Both the position numbers and the translations under genes were made by a program. Shown one piece after another: positions 20,198 to 29,339 of a DNA stretch of 64,000 nt (its first letter is position 1; each line of letters starts with the position of its first letter). The stretch is taken from assembly GCA_050251055.1 (NCBI GenBank), contig JBFWNL010000004.1:128001-192000 (forward strand). Direction: 5' to 3'. Source of the stretch: Bacteriovoracia bacterium. Lineage in GTDB: Bacteria > Bdellovibrionota > UBA1018 > JBFWNL01. Under the pieces are notes generated by a model. The model saw only the letters and a list, made by a program, of their open reading frames with translations, did no database searches and was not told where the DNA came from.

Positions 20198-22744
20198 CTA
20201 TTCTACGGCGCCGACCCGCACGGATCCGGCCGGGCGAGGGTTTCCGTAATAGTCGCGAAAAACACCCGGCAAGGGAGCGGCCAGGTCTTGGCCGGAAAAC
20301 AGGGGCCGCCACTGCGAATCGAAATCTTGCGTCAGGTTAAACGTGCGGTGCCGTTCGTCCGCCGTCTGCGCGTACGCGTCCCACTGTGCGATCGTGCGAT
20401 ACGCCCCGGGATTACCCCAGGCGGGCGCCACGTAATGGATCCCGTAGTTCACGACCGCCGGAATGCTCCATAAGTTGGATTGAAACCGAATGCCCGCGAG
20501 CTCGCTTCCGACTTCGGCGAAAACCAACGCGCTCTTGTAGTCACCCGTCACCATCGCGGGTTTGGCGCAGAGATTGTTGGCGATAATGAGGTTGTCCGCC
20601 CCTTGCGGATTCGACTTCAGGTAAACGCAATTCGAATACTGCGCGCTGGGGTCCACGATCGTGTTGTGCACCATCTTGAATCCGTTTAGGGTCGGATCCG
20701 GAAACGTGACGTCGTATCCAATGATATAGGCCTTGCCCCGATGGATGATGTTATTACGCAAAACGATGTTGTCGCCGGGGTGGATCTTGACCTCGGCGTT
20801 CATCAGCAGGTTGCCTTCGAAAACCACGTTATGGGCGCTGCGCGGTCCCCCGTCGTCCACATAACCGATCCAGGCTCCATCGTGACCATCGCCGCGCAAG
20901 ATGTTTTTGGCGACGTAGGAATAGTTGCTCGTGGCGATGGAAATGGCGTTGTTTCCGGGATTTCCGAGGTCGTTGCCGATGACGTACACGTAGTCGGCAT
21001 AATAGCGAACGCCATGTTGATTCAGCGAGTCCTGCAGGGTGTTTCCAAAGATGGAGTAATGGGATCCATTTCCCCAGAAGAGGTATCCCCCCAACACTCC
21101 CAGCGTGTTTCCTTGTACAAGGATGCCGCGGGCCGTGGATAGCGGCGCTTCAATAAAATAATCGCCGCCGCCGGATTGCCCCGAGTTGTTGCGGATGGTG
21201 ACACCGTTAGCATTCGTCACGCGGATCGATTGATTTATGGTGCCGCTTGGATAAAAATTCATCTCCTCCAACATCAAACTCGTTCCGTCCGCGGTGACCT
21301 GACCGGTGATGCGCGGACGGGCGCCCGTTCCGTAGGCGGAAGCCCGCGCGTTCGTGGATCCATTCATAGTGAAGCCGCCGAACGTATCGCCCCGACGAAA
21401 GAATACTTCCGTGTTTGAGGGCACGGAGCTGATCGTGGCCCGGGGATCGCTGGGGCTGGCGCCCGAATTGGCGTTGCTTCCGTTATTGGCGACGTAAATT
21501 CGGGCGCGGGTGTTGGCGGACACGTTCACGGTCGCCGTGCGTTGCACCCAACCACCGGCTTCGTTAGTGATGCGAACCGAAACCGTGTAGGTGCCGGGGG
21601 CCTCGTAAACATGCGCGCCGCCGTAGGAGGAGATGCGATTAAAAGCGCCCGTCGGGTCGCCAAAGTCCCAGTCATACTGGGCAGTGGTGATATTCCCGGC
21701 GTTCAAGTTGCAGTTATGGATGGCGTTCACGTGCACCGTGAAGGGAGCCATACCCGAAAGCCCCCCGACCGCGGCGGCAATGGCGCAACCGGTGGGCGAG
21801 GGGCCTCCCCCGCCGGGCGGAGACTGCACCGTCCCGGCGATCGCGAAATGGAACGGATTTTCGTCCGCATCATTATTGGCAATGCTGATCTGGCCACTGT
21901 AACCGCCGGGCGCGCCCGTATTCATCTGAACGGTGAAGGTGTCATTAGATCCCGGCGCCAAGCTCGCCGTTAAGCCTTCGATCATAGAAAAACCGGCCGG
22001 CACGCTCACGCTTCCCAATGTCAACGGCGCATTGCCGTCATTCCGTACGCGAATTACCACGCTGGGCGCGGGCGCGCCCAGGTTGACGACGCCGAAATCG
22101 ATCGGAGTGACCTGACCGTTGGGAATACTCACGCCGCTACCCGCAATGGCGACCGTGATTTCGGGAGCGGAGGGTGGCCCTCCGGGCGCAATGAACTGGG
22201 CGGCCGGCGCGCTGATCACCCCTAGGGTTTGGTGACTTGGGCTACGAACAATCGCCTGCATGATTCCGCTTCCGGGTGTGACTCCGTTCAAAGCCGTGGC
22301 CGGATAGACAAAAGGCGGAGCGGAGTCGGTATGCACGGCTTGGATCGCCTGGGCCGCGTCCGACCAGGTTTGGAAAATCACGTAGGCCCCCGCCGGCGCG
22401 GGAGGGGTATTCATGCCAAAACTCAGGGCCACGCCCGATTGCAGAACGTATTGCGCGGGAGGATTGATGAACTGACCCAACGCGCAGCTCTCTCCCCAAT
22501 GCAGGATCACCGCCATGAGATCGTCGACGTCTACCCAGCCGTCTCCGTTCACGTCGGCTGGGTGTCCCTTGGCGCCCATGTTCAATAACACCAAGGTAAG
22601 ATCACTCACATCCACGACGCCGCTTTGGTCGATGTCGACCGGTCCGAGCTGGCAAGTGGCGCGGCCCTCATGGGCCGAAGACGCAAGTGGATTGCCCGCC
22701 GTCAGCACGAATAAACCTAAACCGAATATTTTCCGTATTTGCAT
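20198..22744 (-). CDS. Secreted multidomain protein: dockerin-like + Ig/ASH-like + PKD + right-handed beta-helix
   Basis: AGGGAGG SD before the ATG at 22744. Signal peptide; paired Ca loops DIDQSGVVDVSDL and DVNGDGWVDVDDL; NDGNAPLTL...NNDADENPF; WDFGD...HVYEAPGTY; Asn-rich beta-helix repeats. Confidence 0.85.
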   Translation of the reverse strand: MQIRKIFGLGLFVLTAGNPLASSAHEGRATCQLGPVDIDQSGVVDVSDLTLVLLNMGAKGHPADVNGDGWVDVDDLMAVILHWGESCALGQFINPPAQYVLQSGVALSFGMNTPPAPAGAYVIFQTWSDAAQAIQAVHTDSAPPFVYPATALNGVTPGSGIMQAIVRSPSHQTLGVISAPAAQFIAPGGPPSAPEITVAIAGSGVSIPNGQVTPIDFGVVNLGAPAPSVVIRVRNDGNAPLTLGSVSVPAGFSMIEGLTASLAPGSNDTFTVQMNTGAPGGYSGQISIANNDADENPFHFAIAGTVQSPPGGGGPSPTGCAIAAAVGGLSGMAPFTVHVNAIHNCNLNAGNITTAQYDWDFGDPTGAFNRISSYGGAHVYEAPGTYTVSVRITNEAGGWVQRTATVNVSANTRARIYVANNGSNANSGASPSDPRATISSVPSNTEVFFRRGDTFGGFTMNGSTNARASAYGTGARPRITGQVTADGTSLMLEEMNFYPSGTINQSIRVTNANGVTIRNNSGQSGGGDYFIEAPLSTARGILVQGNTLGVLGGYLFWGNGSHYSIFGNTLQDSLNQHGVRYYADYVYVIGNDLGNPGNNAISIATSNYSYVAKNILRGDGHDGAWIGYVDDGGPRSAHNVVFEGNLLMNAEVKIHPGDNIVLRNNIIHRGKAYIIGYDVTFPDPTLNGFKMVHNTIVDPSAQYSNCVYLKSNPQGADNLIIANNLCAKPAMVTGDYKSALVFAEVGSELAGIRFQSNLWSIPAVVNYGIHYVAPAWGNPGAYRTIAQWDAYAQTADERHRTFNLTQDFDSQWRPLFSGQDLAAPLPGVFRDYYGNPRPAGSVRVGAVE

Positions 22745-22939
22745 CCAAGCCTCCCTCGCGGTGACTTGGTAGCTAAGACTCGCCCTAAAAACCGAAACCC
22801 CAAAGCGTACGATTGCAACTCGCGCGCCGTCGAGCCCGAGAGAATAAATCCGTAATTTTAGGGGGGTCACTTTCGACACGCGACTCAATTCCTGCCTAAG
22901 AATTATTCGATGTCGGAAGATTAGGCAAAACCACGACCG

Positions 22940-24601
22940 CTATTTGAACAGAACCCGAATCATCAGAAGACCGCCAATAATTAGGTAAGCGGCGGAAATC
23001 ACCGGCATGCCGATGAGCTGGAAGGGCGTCGCAAACTGGAGCGCGACACTGCTGGCAATGAAGAGGCCCGCCACCACGATGCTGAGGCTGGTACGCTTCC
23101 CATTGGCTTCCATCTGCTCGCGGATTTCGTCGAGCTGCGGGGACTTGATCTCCAATGCGAAGTCGTTGCGGTTGAACTTCTTGAACATCCACCGAATCTG
23201 CCTCGGCAGCACCTGCAAGAGCGCGCCTACATCCTTGGCGATCCACATCGCCTCTTTCGACAACCGCTGGGTAGAAAACTGATTCTTCACCAGATCTTTG
23301 ATCAAATCATGGCCTTCGGCGATGAAATCAAAATGCGGATCGAGCGACCGGCCCATTCCTTCCATGGTCAAGATGCCCTTGAACACGATCATCCAGTCGG
23401 AAGGGACCTTGATATTGTACTTAGCGGCCACCTTCGTTGCCTCGATCAGCACGCGTCCGGAATTCACCTCGGAGATATTGAGCCCTAAGTAAGGCGCGAT
23501 CGTCGCGCGCACGTCGCGCTCGAAGGCATCGAAGTCGGTGGAGGGATCGGCCGCGCCCAGCTCGGCGTAGGTGATGCACAAGTTTTCGTAATCTTCGGTC
23601 AGGATCGCCATCACCATATTGGCCAGCTTGTCCCTGGACTTTTGCGAAAGCCGACCCACGATGCCGAAGTCGATGATGCCGATCTGATTATTCGGCATCG
23701 CGAACAGGTTACCGCCGTGCAGATCGCCGTGAAAAAGGCCGTCGATCATGATCGATTTGAAGAACGCGCGCGAGCCCGTGCGGACCAGGAACTTTTTATC
23801 GACCCCTTGGCGGTCCAGTTCCTTGAGGTTGTTGACGGGTATGCCCTCGATCTTCTGGAGCGTGAGCACGCGCTCGGTGCTGAGATCGCGGTAAACCCTG
23901 GGAATCACGATCTCCGGAAACGTCTTCATGTTCTCGGTGATCTTTAGGATGTTATTGGCTTCAATTTGGAAATCGGTTTCATTCGAAAGCGTGCGGAAAA
24001 ATTCGTCGACGATGGTGACGGGGCTTATCAGCCTGGTTTCCGGGATATAACGCTCGAGCAGCTTCGCCATGAATGCTAGGAGCGAGATGTCGGTGTCGAT
24101 GATCTGCTGCAGCTCTGGTCGCTGCACCTTGATGACGACCTTGGTGCCGTCCTTTAGCTCGGCCTCGTGAACCTGCGCGATACTCGCCGAAGCTAAGGGC
24201 TCCGCCTGGATAAATCGGAACTCGGTTTCGGTTCGGGCGCCGAGCTCGCGCTCCAGCACGCTCTTAATGACGGCGTAGGGAAGGGGATTCACGTCGTCTT
24301 GGAGTTTGGTGAACTCTTCAATAAATGGTTCGGGAATGAGGTCGGGCCGGGTAGAAAGCACCTGGCCCAGCTTCACGAACGTCGGGCCTAACTGCTCGAA
24401 GGCTTTGCGCAAACGCATCGGCGTATTTTGCTGAAGGTCCTCGTCTTGGGGTACGAAGCGCGTCGGGAGGTAACGTCCCAGGTCCATGCGCTGAACGATG
24501 TCCGAGAAACCGTGGCGCGCGAAGACGGCCACGATGTGGCGAAAACGTTGGACGTTCTTAACCGCCTGTCCCAGCTGGCGGCCCGTGCGAATCCACTTCA
24601 T
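22940..24601 (-). CDS. ubiB: UbiB/AarF (ABC1) family atypical kinase
   Basis: LGPTFVKLGQVLSTRPD, ASASIAQVH, VIKVQRP, FHGDLHGGN and IDFGIVG motifs, plus C-terminal TM helices. Confidence 0.9.
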   Translation of the reverse strand: MKWIRTGRQLGQAVKNVQRFRHIVAVFARHGFSDIVQRMDLGRYLPTRFVPQDEDLQQNTPMRLRKAFEQLGPTFVKLGQVLSTRPDLIPEPFIEEFTKLQDDVNPLPYAVIKSVLERELGARTETEFRFIQAEPLASASIAQVHEAELKDGTKVVIKVQRPELQQIIDTDISLLAFMAKLLERYIPETRLISPVTIVDEFFRTLSNETDFQIEANNILKITENMKTFPEIVIPRVYRDLSTERVLTLQKIEGIPVNNLKELDRQGVDKKFLVRTGSRAFFKSIMIDGLFHGDLHGGNLFAMPNNQIGIIDFGIVGRLSQKSRDKLANMVMAILTEDYENLCITYAELGAADPSTDFDAFERDVRATIAPYLGLNISEVNSGRVLIEATKVAAKYNIKVPSDWMIVFKGILTMEGMGRSLDPHFDFIAEGHDLIKDLVKNQFSTQRLSKEAMWIAKDVGALLQVLPRQIRWMFKKFNRNDFALEIKSPQLDEIREQMEANGKRTSLSIVVAGLFIASSVALQFATPFQLIGMPVISAAYLIIGGLLMIRVLFK

Positions 24602-24633
24602 TAGTTTAATGATCGATGCGGGGGCTTAAAGCG

Positions 24634-27006
24634 TCAACGCGGCTTTTTTTGCCGGGCAGGAGTCGCCGATGGCGCTTCTTCTAGTTTTTCCAGGAGTTCG
24701 AACTCGATCCGGCGCATCTCCAACGACGCGTTCACGACCTGCACCCGCAAGCGATCGCCCACGCGGAACATGCGCTTCTTCCGGCGGCCATAGAGGAAAA
24801 GATGCTCCTCGTTAAAGAGGTAGTCGTCATCCGTCAAAGTTTCGATGGGGATAAACCCTTCCACGTAAGGCGCCGCGAGCTGGACGAAGATCCCCTTTTT
24901 ATGGGTCCCGTTGATCATGCCTTCGAACTCGTTACCCAGCTCCTTCATCATCAAGCGCACCTGCTTGAGCTTACGCGATTCCATCTCGGTCTCGCCGGAA
25001 AGACGTTCGCGATAGCTGCAATGCTCGGCAAGTTTTGCCACTGACTCGTTGGTCTCCCGGGTTTTTCCGTGGGCAAGAATTTCCTTAACGATCCGGTGCG
25101 CGATGAGATCGGGATAGCGGCGAATGGGGCTCGTGAAGTGGGTATAGCCTTCGGAAGCCAGCCCGAAGTGAATCGCCAGATCCGCGCTATAAACCGCCTG
25201 CTTGAGCGAGCGGAGCAGCATCGTGCTGAGCAACGTCTTGGCGGGATGGTCCGCGAAGGACTGTAAAAGCCGGGAAACCGCCAGCGAATCGATGTTTTCG
25301 AGCTCCGGCAGTTCCACCCCCAATCCGTTGGCCAAGCGAACGAAGGCTTCGAGCTTCACGGGATTGGGCTCCTCATGAACGCGGAAGATAAACTGCTGAT
25401 GACGACTCAACGTCCAATCGGCGATGGCTTCGTTAGCGGAGATCATGAACTCTTCGATGAGGCGGTGTGCGTCTACGCGCGCGACCACATCGATGGAGGT
25501 GGGTTCGCCATTGGGAGCGCAGACGACTTCGGATTCCGGGAACTCGAAATCGATCGACCCTCGTTTCTGCCGCATGCGTCGCAAAACTTTATAAAGGTCG
25601 AAATAGTTTTTGTATTCCCAGCCCGTCGATTCACCGAGCTTTTCGTACTCGGCCTGGATCTCGGTGTAAGTGGCCCGCCGGCGCGAACGGATCAGGCCAT
25701 TGTAGACCTCAGTGCGCGTCCGCTTGCCCTGGACGTTGATCGTGGACTTGATCACCATTCCGTAACGAAGCTCGTTGGGTCGCAAGCTACAAAGACCTTC
25801 GGAAAGTTCGTGGGGAAGCATGTGAAATGCGCGCTCTGGAAAATAAACACTGGTGGCGCGCATCAACGCCTCCTCGTCGATCTTTCCCCCTTTGCGCACA
25901 TAATGAGCGACATCGGCGATCGCCACCCAAAGAATGAAACTCTCTCCCGCCCGTTCGACGTGCACTGCATCGTCGAAATCCCGGGCCCGCTCGCCGTCGA
26001 TCGTGATGAAGGGCACGTGCGTGAAATCCTCGCGGCCAGGATCTCCCACGCGCGGTGGCTCCGCAACCAAGCGCTGGGCTTCTTGGTGAGCGGCTTCGGA
26101 ATGATGTTCGATCCAGCCAAACTCACCGGCGATCATTTGGATATCCGCGGAGGCAGGCAACGTCGGTCCGTACACTTCCACGAGGGAGGCGGACGCCTTG
26201 CCGTTTTCAGAAGTTTTCAGCTTCGCGCGCACCCAATCGCCGTGCTTGGGTTTACTTAAGCCTTCGGCCTGCTCCACGACTGGAATCAGCTCGCTTAAGT
26301 TTTTATTTTGATAAAGGATGCCCAAGCTTTGCCCGGACCAGCTGATCTGGGCGCGGCCGACGATTTCCTTGATTCGCCGGTCGATGACCTTGAGCTGGCG
26401 AATGTTCCCACGCGCGTCCGACTGCACCTCGACCCGGTCGCCGTGAAAGAGATTTTCGGTCTGGTCGGGCGGGATGAAGAGGTCTTCGTGCTTGATGGTA
26501 TCGAAGACGACGAAGCCGAAGCCCTTATTGGATTTCTGGAAAGATCCCCGCCCATGAACGGGCTTTCCGTCCCCGGAGGGCCGAGGGCCGCGCGAATCGC
26601 GCGGGCCGGAACCCCGAGACTCCGATCGGCCTCCCGGCCGCGGGCGATACTTGTTCAGGAACTCTTCGCGAAATTGAGCGCGATCACGATGCCCCCCCAC
26701 GGGGCGCGTTCCCCGATCGCCCGCCGGCTCGGGAGCGTTCGCGGATTCGGGCTTGCGGGAAGGACGCCAGGGGCCCCGAGCGTCACGTGACTCGGAAGGC
26801 GCGTCGGAATCCTTCCGGGAAGAGTCCCGGGCCTGCCCGCGAGGCTGGCCGGGAGAATATCCCGGCGAGTAAAAGGATGACCGCCGCCGTTCCGAATTGT
26901 CGCGAGTTTTTGCGGCTTTAAGGCGGCTCGATTCCCTTTGGGATCGACCCCTGGCCTTCTTTTCGCCTGCCTTACTACCGCGAGATTTCTTCCCCTTACC
27001 GCTCAC
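24634..27006 (-). CDS. rnr: Ribonuclease R with a long basic N-terminal extension
   Basis: TIDGERARDFDDA, HFGLA...YTHFTSPIRRYPDLIAHR, a cold-shock-like GFGFV segment and a C-terminal S1 domain. Confidence 0.93.
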   Translation of the reverse strand: MSGKGKKSRGSKAGEKKARGRSQRESSRLKAAKTRDNSERRRSSFYSPGYSPGQPRGQARDSSRKDSDAPSESRDARGPWRPSRKPESANAPEPAGDRGTRPVGGHRDRAQFREEFLNKYRPRPGGRSESRGSGPRDSRGPRPSGDGKPVHGRGSFQKSNKGFGFVVFDTIKHEDLFIPPDQTENLFHGDRVEVQSDARGNIRQLKVIDRRIKEIVGRAQISWSGQSLGILYQNKNLSELIPVVEQAEGLSKPKHGDWVRAKLKTSENGKASASLVEVYGPTLPASADIQMIAGEFGWIEHHSEAAHQEAQRLVAEPPRVGDPGREDFTHVPFITIDGERARDFDDAVHVERAGESFILWVAIADVAHYVRKGGKIDEEALMRATSVYFPERAFHMLPHELSEGLCSLRPNELRYGMVIKSTINVQGKRTRTEVYNGLIRSRRRATYTEIQAEYEKLGESTGWEYKNYFDLYKVLRRMRQKRGSIDFEFPESEVVCAPNGEPTSIDVVARVDAHRLIEEFMISANEAIADWTLSRHQQFIFRVHEEPNPVKLEAFVRLANGLGVELPELENIDSLAVSRLLQSFADHPAKTLLSTMLLRSLKQAVYSADLAIHFGLASEGYTHFTSPIRRYPDLIAHRIVKEILAHGKTRETNESVAKLAEHCSYRERLSGETEMESRKLKQVRLMMKELGNEFEGMINGTHKKGIFVQLAAPYVEGFIPIETLTDDDYLFNEEHLFLYGRRKKRMFRVGDRLRVQVVNASLEMRRIEFELLEKLEEAPSATPARQKKPR

Positions 27007-27100
27007 GCCCCGAGCTTATCCCAGGGATAACCCCTCGAAAATAAAAATATTTTTATTTCGAAAAAATCTATGTTACAGATTTTCCCTCGATTCAAAACCT

Positions 27101-27185
27101 GCTCAAGTGGTGGAATTGGTAGACACGCACGATTCAGGGTCGTGTGCCGAAAGGCGTGAAGGTTCGAGTCCTTTCTTGAGCACCA
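27101..27185 (+). tRNA. tRNA-Leu (anticodon CAG)
   Basis: GCTCAAG/CTTGAGC acceptor stem, anticodon arm CACGA-TTCAGGG-TCGTG, long variable arm, GGTTCGAGTCC T-arm and encoded CCA. Confidence 0.97.
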
Positions 27186-27289
27186 CTTTCTTTCATTTTT
27201 AAAAGAAGACCTAGCGCCAGGGGGACGCCCATCCATGGGCTTGACCCTGGCGCTAGGTCTTCTTTTAAAAATGAAAGAAAGTGGTGCTC
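27178..27289. repeat. Perfect 45-bp inverted repeat with a 22-nt spacer, overlapping the tRNA-Leu 3' end
   Basis: 27178-27222 (GAGCACCACTTTCTTTCATTTTTAAAAGAAGACCTAGCGCCAGGG) is the exact reverse complement of 27245-27289. Confidence 0.95.
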
Positions 27290-27582
27290 GAATATAAACG
27301 CTGAAACATGCCTGCGGCATGTTTCGCACATTAGAAAGGACGAGAAAGGCGGAAGGTGCCGGGCACCCGCTTGCGGGTGGCGCCTGAGCCCGGCCTGCAG
27401 GCCGAGCGCGAAAGCGCGAGGACCGGAAGGCGAGTCCTTGATGTTCTAAAGACACAAAATCATCCTATTTCGCGGCCAACCCAAATAACCCCCGGTGACA
27501 CAATCCCAAAAAACCGTCCCCCGAACCACTCGAGTGCGTCCAGACTTCACGTTAAACCCCACTCCATAAGGAGAATGGAACT

Positions 27583-28167
27583 ATGAAAAAACTTGGATTG
27601 TTGTTGGCATTGGTCGTGGGCGCGCAAACCGCGCAAGCGGCGAACTTAGAAGTGGTCCCGCAGAAGGTGCAACCGAAACGGGAAGTGATTGCAATCGCTA
27701 AGCGCACCGCGGATGGACAAACCCGCATGGGTTTGATCATTTCGGGAAAAACCGCGCAGGCCCTTGGCGAAGCCGCCGGGGTGACGGTTCGCGCCGGGAA
27801 AGAGATGATCATCGCCACGGGCGATGACGTTTTCCACTTTGTTTCGCGCTTTTTACAGGCGAACCTGGAAGCCGGCAAGACCGTGATCATTGCGTCGAAA
27901 GAGCTGACCCGCGAGGCGGGCGTCTTTTTATACGATGGCTTGCGCTTTGGAGTATCGACCCTAAGCAACCACGCCCTGGCCACCGCCGAGATGCTATCGC
28001 AATCGGCACGGGATATTTTGCACGACCTCTGGGATGTGATTCGCATGGGATGCGTGTTTATCGAAGAAGGTACCGTACACGTCGTGAGAACAGTCTCGAA
28101 AATCTTCCAACATGTGGCCGATGACTTCTGCCACCTGCTAGAAATTTTCCGCATCACCCGTTGCTAA
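27583..28167 (+). CDS. Secreted hypothetical protein
   Basis: AGGAG upstream and signal peptide MKKLGLLLALVVGAQTAQA. Confidence 0.8.
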   Translation: MKKLGLLLALVVGAQTAQAANLEVVPQKVQPKREVIAIAKRTADGQTRMGLIISGKTAQALGEAAGVTVRAGKEMIIATGDDVFHFVSRFLQANLEAGKTVIIASKELTREAGVFLYDGLRFGVSTLSNHALATAEMLSQSARDILHDLWDVIRMGCVFIEEGTVHVVRTVSKIFQHVADDFCHLLEIFRITRC

Positions 28168-28209
28168 AGTAGATGATATCGGGCGAGCCCACGGGCTCGC
28201 CCGAGTTTA

Positions 28210-29277
28210 TTAAGCGGCATCTAATCCCCATACCCAAAGCGGGAGGGGAAGGTAGAGATCGAATCCAGGAATATTGCGCTCCGGACCGAAAAAGAACTTC
28301 GGAAGATCCGTGTCTTTCAGATAAGTCGTACGATCGCCGATTTGAATTTCCCAGGTCGCGTCGCCATTGGATGCCGGCCAGCGCGTGGACTCGACCTTCA
28401 CCGTCGGATGATAAGACATCACCAAGCGCTGCGGATCCAATACCTTCGCTAGGCAAAGATACTGCGAAGCCGCGTCGTCGAAAAGAATCCCGTGACGGCG
28501 GAAGAGCTCGCGCGATCCCAGAATCGTCGCCTCCGGATGAACTTTCGCCACCCCCGCCAGCAACTCGCGCAATGCGGAAGGCTCGCCGCCCCACTCGTGG
28601 ATGATTCCCTGCAAGTCAATTCCACGCCCCAATCCCACGTAGGCCGTAGGGTGGTCCTTCGGGCCGTTCCAAAACCACAGCACATTTTTATGGGCGGTGT
28701 ACCACCGCTGATCACCGGGCTCGATCACGAGCCCTTCCCGGCGCGCCACCTGCTGGTGAAAGATCGCCGGATTCCAGCCCTGCTCGATCGCGCCCGCCGC
28801 CGCTCCGATTCCCGCGATCGGTAGCTGTATCTGCGAACCGCAGAGATCGAACCCCAATCGATGATAGAGATCGAATTCCGAGCCCCAGAGCAAACTCGCC
28901 GCCGCGCCGTGCTCCGTCGCCCATTCATTACAAATGGAAACCAGCTTCGAGGCGTAACCCAGTCCGCGCGCATTTGGGTGCGTCGCGACGCCACCTATAA
29001 TACAAACCGGAAGGACACCCGTGGCGATCCGCAGGTGCGCCACGCGCGCGCAGGCCGAAGCCACTAGTCCTTCGTTCGTAAACACTCCGATACGTAGGGC
29101 TCCCGATTCCTCATCCACCGACCAGACCGGAAAGTCCGCCAAGAAATCTTGACCGGGCGCGAGAGAAAAGCAGGTGCGTAACAACTCCGCGAATTGTAAT
29201 GAAGCTTCGGGGCCGCGGATAAAATCGATGCGGCCGACGGGCGTAGTGGTCGAGAGCGGAGTTCCCGAGGAATCCAT
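28210..29277 (-). CDS. GNAT acetyltransferase (Eis-like)
   Basis: IGGVATHPNARGLGYAS (motif A) and LYHRLGF. Start trimmed to the ATG at 29277. Confidence 0.85.
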   Translation of the reverse strand: MDSSGTPLSTTTPVGRIDFIRGPEASLQFAELLRTCFSLAPGQDFLADFPVWSVDEESGALRIGVFTNEGLVASACARVAHLRIATGVLPVCIIGGVATHPNARGLGYASKLVSICNEWATEHGAAASLLWGSEFDLYHRLGFDLCGSQIQLPIAGIGAAAGAIEQGWNPAIFHQQVARREGLVIEPGDQRWYTAHKNVLWFWNGPKDHPTAYVGLGRGIDLQGIIHEWGGEPSALRELLAGVAKVHPEATILGSRELFRRHGILFDDAASQYLCLAKVLDPQRLVMSYHPTVKVESTRWPASNGDATWEIQIGDRTTYLKDTDLPKFFFGPERNIPGFDLYLPLPLWVWGLDAA

Positions 29278-29306
29278 CCTATATAGGATACCGAGCCCCC
29301 GGCCGT

Positions 29307-29333
29307 TTAAGAATCGGCAATTTTTTCCGATAG
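29307..29333 (+). promoter_or_regulatory. Putative sigma28 (FliA) promoter, probably giving a leaderless mRNA
   Basis: TTAA-N15-TCCGATAG against the consensus TAAA-N15-GCCGATAA. The ATG lies 6 nt downstream and there is no SD. Confidence 0.55.
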
Positions 29334-29339
29334 GCAATT

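Noticed and set aside
18504-22744. TolC plus the large protein as a type I secretion system
   Set aside because: No ABC or membrane-fusion protein genes adjacent, and the large protein has a Sec signal peptide and no RTX repeats.
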